Shown here in pieces: positions 58,301-61,300 of a stretch of 64,000 nt of DNA. How positions within the stretch are numbered: position 1 is the stretch's first letter; each line of letters opens with the position of its first letter. The stretch covers positions 71,605 through 135,604 of the forward strand of contig JAYTHE010000011.1 of the NCBI GenBank assembly GCA_043732705.1. Reading direction: 5' to 3'. The stretch comes from Candidatus Omnitrophota bacterium. Its GTDB lineage: Bacteria > Omnitrophota > Omnitrophia > Omnitrophales > Aquincolibacteriaceae. The notes below the pieces were generated by a model. The model made no database searches, had not been told where the DNA came from, and saw nothing but the letters and a program-made list of their open reading frames with translations. Position numbers and translations under genes: made by a program.

Positions 58301-61300
58301 GGTTGCATTACCAATTCCAAAGCCGCCTAAAGTAAGACCCGCACTAATCGTTCCGTCGAAAGCGATATTAAAAAATGAATCAGCCTGAATAAGGTTGCCA
58401 GTCAAATCATAAGTCACCTGATTTAAAATTCTGGTTGATCCGTCTTGGAGCAGCCCTTTTTGCTGCCATGTGGTTGTCCCATCTGCGTTTTTAAATTTGA
58501 TTAACGAAGTCGCTGTTAGCGTGGTGCCACGATCCGTTTGATTACCTGAGTTATTAAAGTTGGATTGAACCCCCATCAAATGCCCTGACGAACTATAACT
58601 GTAACTATCAGTACCGCCGCGATCATTCAGCCTTGATTCGAAAACAACTTTGCCGGCGTCATTGACAAGCTGATAACCGGTCGCCGTGAAATGCATTATT
58701 TGACCCGTGGACTCATCTGTGGCAATCACGTTGCCTGCTTTATCAATGCGGCCGTTGTTTAGATTAGTTTCTTCTACTGTATTACTTTGTTCATTGATAA
58801 GTTCGGACTTATCAACCACCACCCGGCTGCGGCCTTGGCTATCGACTTTCAAACGCGAAGTAAATTTTTGATAATGTCCTTCATTATCTTTGATCGCATT
58901 AAACGTCACGCCTTTAAAATAACCTTGCGCTCCATTTTTAATAAAATCGAGCGTCCCCTGGTCCAGGTTGCCACCGCTACCGGTTTCTTGAAGTTTGTCA
59001 AACCCAGCCTTTCTGTCAAATGCATGCCAATCCCCAGCAATTCCATACCCAGCATCAACTAAATTATCAATCATTTGCCCTGTCCATATTGTTTCCTGAC
59101 CATATATAAGGCCATTCATGGGTGAAGCCCCGCCGTAAACACCCGCGCAATGTAAGTAATTGTAACCACTACATGTAAAATCCGGAATCCTGAGCGGATC
59201 CTCAAGTTGTTTCTTATAGTCATCAAGTGATTTATTCGCATCGTCCTTGATCTTTTGGATGTCGGCAATTTTTTGGTCATATTGCACTTTAAGGGAAGCC
59301 AGTTTATTCGCAGCGGTATTACGCGCCTTGTTCTCAGATTCATTCAGTTTATCGCGAGTATGTTCCCAAGTTTTTAACGCCTGCAATTTTTTGGCCGCCG
59401 CCCACGTCTGCGCATTGTCATAGCGACCTGCGCCGACACCCACTTTAATATCTAAATACCCCTCGGCCATGACCTGCGCAAATGCCGCGTCATAAGTCAA
59501 TCCGTGCAATTGCCAATAAGTAACACGTTCATTAACAACTCGAACCCCCTCGTCGGCATCCGCATTCGCATTATCAAGATTTTGCTGCGCTTCGTCGCGC
59601 TGCTTTTGAATAGAAGCTAAAGTTTTATTTAAATTAGTAACGATCGGATCTTTTTGTTGTTTGTACCAAGCATCAATCAACGCTTTCATGTTGTTATATT
59701 GAGTCGAATTGTTCGTCCTTAATGTGGCGATGGTAGTAAGTTCATCACCGGCGCGTTTTGTTTCGTTATAATCCTTGATGATATTGTCGTAGTCACGACG
59801 ATAGGCATCCCACAAATCGTTATGTTGCTTAAGATAGTCCTTAGCCGTACTCGTTTTGGGCCCTTGAAAATACTGTGAAAAATCAGTAAATGCGTAAACC
59901 TGCGCGGACAAGCTTGACCCCACCGCACTGTAGAAGCTTCTGATTTGGGGGTAAGACTCATGACAAATATCGCCGGCGTTAGAAAGACAGTCGGTGATTT
60001 TTCGGTATTCCATATCTTGGTCTTGGGCTTTCTTAAAAAGTGCTCCCATCTTTATTTTCCAGGCATCCACGATTTCTTTTGTTGTGTCACCCTTATTGAT
60101 GTCCTTTAATGCAGGATCGGAGTTGTCGGCATTCATTGTTGCGTACCCAAGATAATATTTTAGTTCAAGTCTTTCCGCTTGCCAGCCGTTTCCAAAATAA
60201 TTTGGTACCACGTCACCATTTGCATCTTTATTATCAACGCAATTTTTACCGTCCGCGTCACAATTTTGTAAAAAGCGATCTATCGTCCAATCCTTATCGT
60301 AAAGGCCGTTCTCATCCTGAAAAATAGCGCGCTCGCGATAGAAGGTATTGATCGCTTCTTCCAAGCCGCCGGCGTATTCATCCGCATGCGTTGCGGCCTT
60401 ATTAATATCTTTTTCCAGGCCCAAGAGCCTTGAATTATCAAAAACTAAATCAGCCGTATTGGTGGGATAAGCGACCGGCAATACGACATTCGTTTCATAG
60501 TTATCATTTTTGCCAATCAAACTGTTAACTTGCGCCCTGGCAGCGGCACTCTTGGCACCCTTTGCATTTCGACCGGCTATATAATCTGCCTGCAATGTCG
60601 CTGTCAATGTAGCTGCAGCTTGCTGGCATATCGGGAGACCACCACCAGCCCCATCACAATGATGCGCAACATTAACAGTCTGATAAGCAGCATTTGCGGC
60701 ATCATCTTTTGATTGTGTGTCCTGATCGATAAGAGCATTATCCGTTTTATTCTTTTTTGCGATAACATCGACTTGGCTGTTTAAGCTTTGAACTTGTGTG
60801 TCAATCGCCTGAATTTGAGAAATCATTGACTGATAAGCGGCGATGGACTTATCGTAATGGTCTCTTGTATCTTGATTGCGCTTTTCAAAAGTGTCTTTTT
60901 GAAGTGCTGTTTTGAGCTCATTCAATGCTGCAATGTACTTTGTGAGCATCGCGTTGGTTTTAAGACCTGCCCCCGTAGTCAGCCGATCAACATAAGCCAA
61001 TTTCGAGTCAATAATGTCGATTTGATCCTGGCGATAAGGGCCTGTACCCCCATAATACCGGCTGGGGTCATTCCTTTCGGCAGTCAGCTCAGCAATTTTT
61101 TCTTGAACGCCTGCAATCCGATTTGCTTGGCTGTAGGAAAGATATATTCCGTCCGCGCTCACAGGTACTGCAGTGCAAAAATTCGGAGTTGTTCTGCAAT
61201 CATAACCATATTCTCCGATTTGATACTCGTTCCAATTCGAGCCCCATGTCGAGAGGTACCATTTCTGATCGTCTTCGGCATCCTTTTTATCATCGGTAAA